NCBI RefSeq assembly: GCF_000196355.1
Contig: NC_007614.1
Span: 720,001 to 752,000 of the forward strand
DNA: 32,000 bases
From: Nitrosospira multiformis ATCC 25196
Lineage (GTDB): Bacteria > Pseudomonadota > Gammaproteobacteria > Burkholderiales > Nitrosomonadaceae
Direction of reading: 5' to 3'
The notes under the pieces are model-generated. The model saw nothing but the letters and a program-made list of their open reading frames with translations. It was not told the origin of the DNA and did no database searches. Numbering within the stretch: the stretch's first letter is position 1; each line of letters begins with the position of its first letter. This document shows, piece after piece, positions 1 through 8,536 of the stretch. The position numbers and the translations under genes were made by a program.

Positions 1-481
1 CGTAGCAACTGAAACCGATCAGTGTCATGCCGCCTGCCAGTCCATCCGAACCGTCCATGAAATTATAGAGGTTGAGCATCCAGGTAATGCAGAGTGCGGC
101 TGCTACGGCGACAAGCCAGCCGTAGGTGGCAGCAAGGGTTACGGCAGAAAACCAGATTCCAAGTCCTGTGTAAATGACGAGCCTTGGCCATACCGGCAGG
201 CTGCGTACATCATCGGCGAAAGATATCGTTACCAGCAGCACAATCGCAACCCATATCGACACCGGCGGTTTTACCGGCAGAAACGTCCATGAGACGAAAA
301 TCCCCGACATCAGCCCCAGGCCTCCCGTGCGGGGAACGGGACGAGTATGCAGCGATCGGGAATTCGGCTGGTCCAGGATTTTGAGAATATTCCCTTTGAT
401 CAGACACGAAATCGTTCCTAGCGACACGGCAAACGCTATGAATGGCGGGATCAGATATAAAATCGGGGAGCCGGAATTCAT
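1..481 (-). CDS. WecA/MraY-like glycosyl-1-phosphate transferase (glycosyltransferase family 4 type), truncated by the window edge
   Basis: Manual minus-strand translation from the ATG at 481: MNSGSPILYLIPPFIAFAVSLGTISCLIKGNILKILDQPNSRSLHTRPVPRTGGLGLMSG...FADDVRSLPVWPRLVIYTG...LNLYNFMDGSDGLAGGMTLIGFSCY. The DQPNxRSLHxxPVPRTGG and NLYNFMDGxDGLAGG motifs are typical of the family. It is missing from the ORF track because it runs off the edge. Confidence 0.88.
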   Translation of the reverse strand, partial: MNSGSPILYLIPPFIAFAVSLGTISCLIKGNILKILDQPNSRSLHTRPVPRTGGLGLMSGIFVSWTFLPVKPPVSIWVAIVLLVTISFADDVRSLPVWPRLVIYTGLGIWFSAVTLAATYGWLVAVAAALCITWMLNLYNFMDGSDGLAGGMTLIGFSCY

Positions 482-719
482 GATCGGATTATAGCCTTGA
501 TGACTTATGAGGCGCATGCATGCATACTTCAGCCCATGCCAGTCCATTGCGCGGGAGAATGAGGTAAATAATACCGATTTTCGATCTCCCCCCGCCAGCA
601 CCTTATCTGCCCTGCACAGCCCGCTTCCAGTCCCAGATCAGGTTCGACATTGTCGGGAGAAGATTCTGAGAATGTCTGTACGAGTTCGCACATATCAGCG
701 CAAATCGTAAAAAACATTA

Positions 720-1988
720 ATGAAAAAAATCTCGCTCAATACGCAAATATTATGGGGTGTATTCGCCGGCCTCTTCCTGGGCCTGGGTTTATCCCTGCTC
801 GATGAAGAATCGGTGATTTTCCGAGCCGGATTATATGGCGCCGAGCTGCTTGGCACGCTGTTTATCGACCTGTTGAAAATGGTGCTCATTCCGCTCGTGT
901 TCACATCGATCGCAGTAGGCGTGGCCAACTTGCGGGCGCACCAGCAGATGCATAAGGTATGGAAAGCAACGCTTGGTTTCTTCCTGTTTTCGATGGCGCT
1001 GGCTATTCTGCTGGGTTTGACCGCAGCCAACATTGTCCGTCCCGGAGAAGGGCTGCAGCTCGCCATGTTCCAGGATGACATGCAGAACTTCCAGGCCGGG
1101 CAGATGCCTTTAACGGAGTTTGTTGCGCAACTGCTTCATTCGCTGTTTCAGAACCCCATGACCGCCCTGGCTCAGGGGAATGTGCTCGCAGTGGTCGTTT
1201 TCGCGCTCCTGCTGGGCATTGCAATGGTGGTGGGCGGGGAGCGCTACGCCAACATCCTCATACTGCTGCAGGAGCTGCTGGAGCTGATGCTGATGCTGGT
1301 TGGCTGGATCATGCGCCTTGCTCCGCTCGGCATCATGGGACTGCTGGTAAAACTCGCTGCCACACAGGACGTGACTTTGCTTGCCACATTGGTCGAGTTC
1401 ATCGCGGTGGTGATTGGAGCCACTCTGCTGCACGGGATGGTAGTGCTCCCGCTGATTCTTTATTTGGTCACGGGAATGACGCCGTTCAAATTCTGGCGCG
1501 GCGCCCGCGAAGCACTGCTAACAGCTTTTGCGACCAGCTCCAGCTCAGCCACCTTACCCGTCACTTTACGCTGCGTGGAACAGCACCTGCACGTCAAACG
1601 CGACATTGCCGGATTTGTCATCCCGTTGGGTGCAACACTGAACATGGATGGCACTGCTTTGTACGAAGCCGTGGCAGCATTGTTCGTGGCCAACCTCATC
1701 GGGATAGAACTTAATCTCGCACAGCAGATGATCGTGTTTTTGACTGCGATGCTGGCTGCCATGGGTGCTCCGGGCATACCCAGCGCGGGAATGGTCACCA
1801 TGGTAGTCGTGCTGCAATCGGTCGGCTTGCCGGCGGAGGCTATCGCCATTCTGCTGCCGGTCGACCGCTTACTGGATACATTCCGCACCGCTGTGAATGT
1901 CGAGGGGGACATGGTGGGCAGCCTCGTCGTGCAGAAATGGGTGAGGAAGGAGTCCATACGAGGTTCCAGAAGCGATTCCGAAGGGTAA
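720..1988 (+). CDS. dicarboxylate/amino acid:cation (DAACS) symporter
   Basis: 422-aa ORF, polytopic, with the DAACS signatures SSSSATLPVTLRC and NLDGTALYEAVAALFVA (observed MDGTALYEAVAALFVANL) and the DRLLDTFRTAVNVEGD motif. Confidence 0.93.
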   Translation: MKKISLNTQILWGVFAGLFLGLGLSLLDEESVIFRAGLYGAELLGTLFIDLLKMVLIPLVFTSIAVGVANLRAHQQMHKVWKATLGFFLFSMALAILLGLTAANIVRPGEGLQLAMFQDDMQNFQAGQMPLTEFVAQLLHSLFQNPMTALAQGNVLAVVVFALLLGIAMVVGGERYANILILLQELLELMLMLVGWIMRLAPLGIMGLLVKLAATQDVTLLATLVEFIAVVIGATLLHGMVVLPLILYLVTGMTPFKFWRGAREALLTAFATSSSSATLPVTLRCVEQHLHVKRDIAGFVIPLGATLNMDGTALYEAVAALFVANLIGIELNLAQQMIVFLTAMLAAMGAPGIPSAGMVTMVVVLQSVGLPAEAIAILLPVDRLLDTFRTAVNVEGDMVGSLVVQKWVRKESIRGSRSDSEG

Positions 1989-2314
1989 GAGGTATTAAGA
2001 GGTCCGAAGAGGGGGCTGGTTTCCCGGCTACTTCTCGGAGGACAGATTGGACTACGGTGACAGCCAGACGCGCCGATATCAGCTCAATATGGTTTTACCG
2101 ATCTTCCTCGCGACATTTTCCACCGATGTTCTTTACATAGGTGCGTGGATTACGCCCCTTCATAGCGTAACTCCGATCATTCCCGATTTTGCTTGCAACA
2201 CCTGTAGCGAAGGTTGCAAGGCCTTCATTTCGAAAATGCCGGAAGCTCTTCAGGTGCGACAATTTGTCACATTCCCACCCTTTCCGAAATCGATTATTCT
2301 TGTGCGCTCATTCG

Positions 2315-3550
2315 ATGAGGAAGTCGATGTTTGCCCTCCCTGGTTTTGCCGGACTCTTTCTAGCGCTTGTTTCCGTAGCTGTCGTCGCAGCAGAACCGCA
2401 TTCGAGCGGTGAAACCCATCATCATCCGGCAATGCATTCCGCAAAATCCGTCAAGACTGCGCTGGCGGTGGGAGTGACGCTGGATCAGGATGGGCGATTA
2501 TGGCTGGCGAGAGTTGTCGACCAGCATTTGCTGGTTTCCTGGTCGGAAGATAGCGGAAGCAGTTTTTCCGAACCCGCGGTCGTAACACCTGAACCGGAAA
2601 ACATCTCCATCGATGGCGAGAATCGCCCCAAGATCGAGGTTGCGCGTGATGGCAGCGTACTTGTAACCTGGACGCAGGTTCTTCCGCAAAAATATTCCGG
2701 CAATGTGAGGTTTTCACGTTCAATCGACTCGGGCCGGACGTTTTCAAAACCCATTACCCTCAATGACGATGGCCGCGTTACCAGTCACCGCTTCGACTCT
2801 CTGGCAATCGACGGGGACGGGAGGGTGATAGTTGCTTGGCTGGACGCAAGGGATCGCGATGCAGCAAGGGAAAAAGGCGAAGAGTACCGGGGTGTATCGC
2901 TCTATACCACGCAATCATTCAACAATGGCGAGAGTTTTGGCCGGAATCGAAGAATCCAGGAGCACACGTGCGAATGCTGTCGGACGGCGCTTATCTGGAG
3001 CAGGGAGGGGCCAATCGTTTTACTGCGGAATATTTTTGGTGCCAATACCCGTGATTTTGCGCTGATCAATCTCGACAAGGGCGGCATAAGAAGGGTAAAC
3101 CGTGACGAATGGCAGGTCGATGCGTGTCCGCACAATGGAGGAAGCCTTGCAACGGACCGAAGGGGCCAGTTGCATCTCGTCTGGTTCACAAATGGCCCGG
3201 CAGATCAGGGATTATTCTATAAGCGGATCGATGGCAATTGGGAATCGAAACCCAAGCCGATAGGCAATGCGGACGCGCAGGCAAATCATGCTTCCGTGGT
3301 TGCCGATGGAGAAACCGTCATTCTTACCTGGCGTGAATTCGATGGAAATGCTTATTCCGCAAAGATGATGTACTCGAATGATAGTGGCGAATCTTGGAGT
3401 GAACCGATGCGCCTGATGGAATCCGATGGCGCGACAGACTACCCTATCCCGCTGATCGATAACAGGAAAGTTCTGATCGTCTGGAATACTGCAAAGGAAG
3501 GCCTGCGTATTTTACCGATCGAGCGGGTGACCGCCCGGTATTCCGGTTAG
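2315..3550 (+). CDS. Secreted sialidase-like (BNR/Asp-box beta-propeller) protein
   Basis: ORF 2189..3550. The likely start is the ATG at 2315, giving the signal peptide MRKSMFALPGFAGLFLALVSVAVVAAEP. Asp-box-like repeats: SEDSGSSF, SIDSGRTF, SNDSGESW. His-rich mature N-terminus (HHHP) and a CECC motif. Confidence 0.8.
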   Translation: MRKSMFALPGFAGLFLALVSVAVVAAEPHSSGETHHHPAMHSAKSVKTALAVGVTLDQDGRLWLARVVDQHLLVSWSEDSGSSFSEPAVVTPEPENISIDGENRPKIEVARDGSVLVTWTQVLPQKYSGNVRFSRSIDSGRTFSKPITLNDDGRVTSHRFDSLAIDGDGRVIVAWLDARDRDAAREKGEEYRGVSLYTTQSFNNGESFGRNRRIQEHTCECCRTALIWSREGPIVLLRNIFGANTRDFALINLDKGGIRRVNRDEWQVDACPHNGGSLATDRRGQLHLVWFTNGPADQGLFYKRIDGNWESKPKPIGNADAQANHASVVADGETVILTWREFDGNAYSAKMMYSNDSGESWSEPMRLMESDGATDYPIPLIDNRKVLIVWNTAKEGLRILPIERVTARYSG

Positions 3551-3667
3551 CCCAATTCCCTCTGGATAGACAACGGGTGGCGGAGGTGGGGCGCGGAAAA
3601 CGAGTGCAAGCATCCGCCATGGCTGTGCTTATCAATAATAAATAAATCGAGAAAGATAATTCAGGTC

Positions 3668-6292
3668 ATGAAACGGATTCCTTTTGCACTGGTCGGTTTG
3701 CTTTGCGTCCCGTCGGCGTGGGCGATGCAAGAGATAGAGCAGCCAAAACAGTTTTCCCAGAAAAGAATACCGGTTCGTCTACCGGCTACCAGTCTATCCA
3801 TGAACCCGGCGCAGTCAGATACCCCCGTTTCATCGATGGGAAGTGAGACGCGCTCGGGAATGCTGGTGGCGGAAGCGACAGCCGTAACGACATCCGGTCA
3901 ACCGCAGACCGGTGAAACTGGCACCGGCAAACCGGATAAGGATAGAGAGGATAAGGAGAACAAGGGCGGCAAGGAAAAGAAAGACGATATTCCGGCAGTT
4001 CAAAAGGAAACCGTCTTCAAGGAAATGGTGGTCACTGGAGAGACGGAGCGGGACACGCACTTTACTTCGCCCTCGACACGTGTGACGCGAGCTCAGATCG
4101 AGCGGCAGAATGCGCAGACCACGGAGGAAGTGCTCAAGTACATGCCCAGCCTGCAGATCCGCCAGCGCTACGTGGGCGATCCCAATGGTGTCCTGGGTAT
4201 CCGGGGTGCGGACATGTTCTCAACCGCGCGCAACATGGTTTATGCGGACGGCCTACCTTTGCACAACTTTCTGCAGGCAACCTTCAATGGTGCGCCGCGT
4301 TGGTCGCTGGTGGGTCCGAACGAGATCGATTCCGTCGATGTCGTGTATGGCCCCTTCTCGGCCGAATACAGCGGCAACTCGATTGGTGGCGTCGTCAACA
4401 TAAAAACTCGCATGCCGCACAAGCAGGAATTCTACGTCGAGAGCAGTCTTTTCATCCAGCCGTTCAAGATTTATGGACCGGACAAAGGAACGTTCATAGG
4501 TGACCGACAGTATGTTTCGTACGGTAATCGGATTCAGGATAAGTTTACGGTATTTCTTGCCTACAACCGGCTGGAAGCGCAGAGCCATCCCCAGTCTTAT
4601 TTCATCGACAATACAGGACTATTTGATGTGCCCGGGGGAACGCCGGTTAGCGGCGGCATTCGAACCCCGGATACGCGCGGAACGCCCAGCGTCATCTATG
4701 GCGATACCGGACCGGAAAAGGTGAATACCCACTTGTTCAAGGGTAAATTCGGGTATGACATAACTTCCAATCTTCAGGCGCTCTTTACAGTGGCGTATGA
4801 AGATCGTACCCGCCACCAGAATCGGCCACGCAATTACCTGCGCGATGGGAGCGGGAATCTGTTCTGGGGTGGCCCTGCTCCCACCTGCGCGCCCGGTGCT
4901 CCCTGTGCTAATCCTGAGAACGCCTTGGGCAATGCTTCCCTGGATGGGACCCGCTTCGATGTGATGCAGCGTGGTTTTGGCGGGAGTCAGGACAAGCGCG
5001 AGACGCTGAACCTGGGTTTATCGCTTCGCGGCGCCTTGACTCCTGACTGGAATATCGATACCACCATGAGCTATTTCGATGTCCTGAAGGATATTCGCGC
5101 TTCGGCCTTTTTCAATCAGGGTGATCCGGCTAATAGCGGGACTGGGCAGCTCCAGGATTTCCGGAGATTCAGCTGGTTGAATTACGATCTCAAGTTGAGC
5201 GCGCCCGTGCTGCTTGGCAATGACAAAGTATCGTTTCTGGCCGGATATCACTTCGATCAGTACAACCTGAGTTTCAGGCAATATTCCCTGACCGATTATT
5301 CGACCTTGACCCGCGGCGCATTGCAGGCCAATCGGAACAACGACGGGCAGACCTCGATGCATGCAATGTTTGCGCAATCCACATTCCGATTCCTGCCGCA
5401 ATGGGATGTTACCGCGGGAGTACGCCAGGAGTGGTGGGCGGCAACGAAAGGGGTCGTGGGTAACCTCGAAGTGCCGGATCGCTCCCTGGCGGCAACCTCG
5501 CCTAAAGTTTCAGTGGGATATGAGCCAGGACAGTGGAAATATCGCTATTCCTTCGGTCGAGCGCATCGTTTTCCGGTTATTGCGGAGCTTTATCAATCCT
5601 TGAGCACGCCCACGAGCATACTGACCGCGAATGCAATGCTCAAGCCCGAAAATGGGGTCCATCATAACTTCATGGTCGAGTATGGGCTGCCCAAGGGCTA
5701 TATCAGGGTAAATGCTTTTCGGGACGACATCAAGGATGCCATTCAGCAGGTAAATACTGTCTCGGGTGTAGTTATTACCAGTGGATTCCAGAATATCGGC
5801 CAAGTCAGTACGACTGGAGTGGAACTGATCTATGATCAAAGGCGGATTCTGGGTTCAAAACTCGATTTCATGTTCAACGGCACCTGGATGAATGCGAAAG
5901 TGGAAAAAGGACCGATCGTGGATTTTACTACATCTACCGGTGTACCCGCCGACTATAATCTAACCGGTAAGCAGATCATTCGCCTGCCGCACTGGCGAGC
6001 CAATTTTTTCGGCACTTATCATATGACCGAGGCTTGGGATATCTCCCTCTCAGGCCGATATACGAGCGACTCGTTCAACGATCCCGACAACGGGGATCAT
6101 GTAAACAACGTATTCGGCTCCCAGAGTGATTTCTTCTTCATGGATTTCAAGACCAGCTACCGCTACAAGTTCCAGAATGGTCTGAAAAGCCGGTTTTCAT
6201 TTGGCATCAGCAATCTCAACAACGATAAAGCCTGGGTGTTTCACCCCTATCCGCAACGCACCTACTTGGTTGAGGCGGCGTTCAGCTATTAG
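3668..6292 (+). CDS. TonB-dependent outer membrane receptor
   Basis: 874-aa ORF with a signal peptide, plug domain (VYGPFSAEYSGNSIGGVVNIKTR) and beta-barrel ending in FRSRFSFGISNLNNDKAWVFHPYPQRTYLVEAAFSY, with a terminal aromatic residue. Confidence 0.93.
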   Translation: MKRIPFALVGLLCVPSAWAMQEIEQPKQFSQKRIPVRLPATSLSMNPAQSDTPVSSMGSETRSGMLVAEATAVTTSGQPQTGETGTGKPDKDREDKENKGGKEKKDDIPAVQKETVFKEMVVTGETERDTHFTSPSTRVTRAQIERQNAQTTEEVLKYMPSLQIRQRYVGDPNGVLGIRGADMFSTARNMVYADGLPLHNFLQATFNGAPRWSLVGPNEIDSVDVVYGPFSAEYSGNSIGGVVNIKTRMPHKQEFYVESSLFIQPFKIYGPDKGTFIGDRQYVSYGNRIQDKFTVFLAYNRLEAQSHPQSYFIDNTGLFDVPGGTPVSGGIRTPDTRGTPSVIYGDTGPEKVNTHLFKGKFGYDITSNLQALFTVAYEDRTRHQNRPRNYLRDGSGNLFWGGPAPTCAPGAPCANPENALGNASLDGTRFDVMQRGFGGSQDKRETLNLGLSLRGALTPDWNIDTTMSYFDVLKDIRASAFFNQGDPANSGTGQLQDFRRFSWLNYDLKLSAPVLLGNDKVSFLAGYHFDQYNLSFRQYSLTDYSTLTRGALQANRNNDGQTSMHAMFAQSTFRFLPQWDVTAGVRQEWWAATKGVVGNLEVPDRSLAATSPKVSVGYEPGQWKYRYSFGRAHRFPVIAELYQSLSTPTSILTANAMLKPENGVHHNFMVEYGLPKGYIRVNAFRDDIKDAIQQVNTVSGVVITSGFQNIGQVSTTGVELIYDQRRILGSKLDFMFNGTWMNAKVEKGPIVDFTTSTGVPADYNLTGKQIIRLPHWRANFFGTYHMTEAWDISLSGRYTSDSFNDPDNGDHVNNVFGSQSDFFFMDFKTSYRYKFQNGLKSRFSFGISNLNNDKAWVFHPYPQRTYLVEAAFSY

Positions 6293-6338
6293 GGAGGTCG
6301 GCTGGAAGTGGACCGGTTCCGGCTACTCCAGACATCAT

Positions 6339-7169
6339 TCACCGGAACAGGTTGACTACGCCATCGAGTCCGACATGGTTGAGTGCATAAGTAGCTTTCG
6401 CCTGTACCACCGGTTTTGCATGATAAGCAATGCTGACCCCTGCCTCTTCCATCATCTTGAGGTCATTGGCTCCATCGCCGATAGCAATGACCTGTTCCCG
6501 CTTCAGTCCCAGTTCTTCGCGCACTTTTTTCAGCACTTCCCCTTTTCCGGTCGCTCCGATGATATCTCCCAACACCTTCCCTGTCAGTTTGCCGTTTGAG
6601 ACTTCAAAGCGATTGGCGGCAGCATAATCGAGATCCAGTCTGGCTTTTACTCTGTCAGTAAAAAAAGTGAAGCCACCGGAAATGACCATGGTTTTGAGAC
6701 CGGCGGATTTCATGCGTTGCAGCATCTTTTCCGCTCCGGGACTCAACCGAACCCGTTCGTCATATACCCGCTGCAGGGCGTCTTCATCCAGTCCCTCCAG
6801 CAAGGCGGTTCGGAGCCGCAGGCTTTCTGCAAAGACGATTTCCCCACGCATGGCCCTCTGCGTGATTTCCGCCACCTGCGCCTTTACGCCCTGCATATCC
6901 GCGATCTCATCAATGGATTCGATCGCGAGGAGGGTCGAATCCATATCCATCGCAACCAGACCAAAATCTGATAGCCGCGCCGATGGGTCGACAAAAGCAA
7001 AATCAAGGTCCGCTTCAGCACAATATGCGGCCACCTCTTCCCGCCGGGCTGCATTTTCAAGCCGGAAGGCTTGCCCCGTGATACGTTCGATATGGTTTGC
7101 GTCGACCAGTTTCGCCAGTTCCCTTAAATCGCTGTTCTGGATTTCGAGTCCTTGTATGATGAGGTTCAT
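6339..7169 (-). CDS. serB: phosphoserine phosphatase
   Basis: The HAD motif DMDSTLLAIESIDEIAD, VISGGFTFFTDRVK and AIGDGANDLKMMEEAG match SerB. The start is taken at 7169 (MNLIIQGLEIQ) within the longer ORF 6339..7466. Confidence 0.95.
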   Translation of the reverse strand: MNLIIQGLEIQNSDLRELAKLVDANHIERITGQAFRLENAARREEVAAYCAEADLDFAFVDPSARLSDFGLVAMDMDSTLLAIESIDEIADMQGVKAQVAEITQRAMRGEIVFAESLRLRTALLEGLDEDALQRVYDERVRLSPGAEKMLQRMKSAGLKTMVISGGFTFFTDRVKARLDLDYAAANRFEVSNGKLTGKVLGDIIGATGKGEVLKKVREELGLKREQVIAIGDGANDLKMMEEAGVSIAYHAKPVVQAKATYALNHVGLDGVVNLFR

Positions 7170-7714
7170 GTTTGTTGTTCCAATTATTGTCAAGAATGTG
7201 CGACAGCCGTGCAAGAAAAGCCGAAGGAACTCCGTTCGGCAGTAGCGTTTCCTGCGAATGGGCGTGGAGCAGTTAGAGCATTGCCCCGTATGCGGGTGGC
7301 GGCAATCAAGTCCAGGAGTTACCGCCTGTAATGTTGAAAGAAGCCCGTGTTTCCGTGTTTTTAGCGGAAGGGGATATTTTTCATAAACTTGGCATTTTGC
7401 CATCAATCTCCAATAACTTCCATATGCATTCTCTCTATCTTGATCTGCTCGCAATCTCTCGAACAATGAGGTGAACCCGGCCTGATTCTTGAAGAAGCCT
7501 GCTTTACACGGCTATATAATCCCAATTCTGATATCGGCTTCTTCCAGTTTCGCGCGCTCATTGGACATGTTAGCCGGGATCGCACAATCGGTTCTTTCAG
7601 ATGTGCGCCTGAGGTTGGGTAATAATAATCATCCAAAGTATTTCATATAAGAATCGGAGTTGAAAAATCGTGCAATTACTCAGACAGGTCCTCAGACTTT
7701 ACAGATATTTGAAA

Positions 7715-8533
7715 ATGTGGCCGGAGAAAATCTCCGCTCAAGTCGTAGTCGTGCTTATTGGTGTGAATATTGCCGCGTGCAGCCATATCCAGAAAGTGCA
7801 TTCACCCGCACCCGAGCCCGCAGGAAATTTTCCTCTCGCCCGTGAAGTGGCACAGTTTGAATTCGGCTGTAGCAATCTGCGCGCAGAAAGAGAGGCACAG
7901 CAGCAGGAAATTCAACGCTTGCAGAAGCTGTTGGCAGAGAAAGAGGCCTATATTCGCAGTCAGGAAGTGCGGCAGCAGGATCAGCAGAAGGCGTTGCAGG
8001 AAACCAGCAACCGCGCCGCGCATGCTCAAGTCAGACTCAGGCGGCTGGCCACCCGCCCTGCCGCCGCCTCTACCATTGCAGAGGTTGAAATGGTTATGGA
8101 AAACCTGAAATCTTCCCCCTTTACGGGTTCAGAACTGATTCTGCAGAACCAGGCTCAGCGGTTGCTGGACGCGGCGGTTTCCGCATACGAGGGGGACAAT
8201 TATGCCGCTGCAATGGATTATGCCTCCCAGGCGCGTGAATTCATCAACATGATGAAGAACAATCGTGCGCGCAAGGTTTCGGACGCGCATCAGGTCACTG
8301 TCCTGTTCCAGATGCCCATTCCACTGCGGGCGAGTGCCGACAGTAAGCTGCGTGAAAAGCCGGGTTTGAAGGCGCCGATTCTGGGAGTGCTGAAAAAAGA
8401 GTCGGCAATGACGGCAGAGGCCTATAGAGGGGAGTGGTTGCAAATTCTTACCGCAGATGGTCGCTCGGGATGGATATTCAGTACGCTGGTGGAGGCGCAG
8501 GTGGCCAAAGGAATCGATATGGGTGTCAAATAG
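7715..8533 (+). CDS. SH3-domain (SH3b) lipoprotein with coiled coil
   Basis: The ORF runs 7670..8533. Internal start at 7715 gives MWPEKISAQVVVVLIGVNIAACS (lipobox-like IAAC), a Gln/Glu-rich coiled coil, and C-terminal LREKPGLKAPILGVLKKESAMTAEAYRGEWLQILTADGRSGWIFSTLVE, which is SH3b-like. Confidence 0.72.
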   Translation: MWPEKISAQVVVVLIGVNIAACSHIQKVHSPAPEPAGNFPLAREVAQFEFGCSNLRAEREAQQQEIQRLQKLLAEKEAYIRSQEVRQQDQQKALQETSNRAAHAQVRLRRLATRPAAASTIAEVEMVMENLKSSPFTGSELILQNQAQRLLDAAVSAYEGDNYAAAMDYASQAREFINMMKNNRARKVSDAHQVTVLFQMPIPLRASADSKLREKPGLKAPILGVLKKESAMTAEAYRGEWLQILTADGRSGWIFSTLVEAQVAKGIDMGVK

Positions 8534-8536
8534 GAT

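Noticed and set aside
3640-3665. AT-rich sequence with GATAAT ahead of the TonB receptor as a possible Fur box
   Set aside because: Only a partial match to the 19-bp consensus. The substrate is unknown, so no support for iron regulation.
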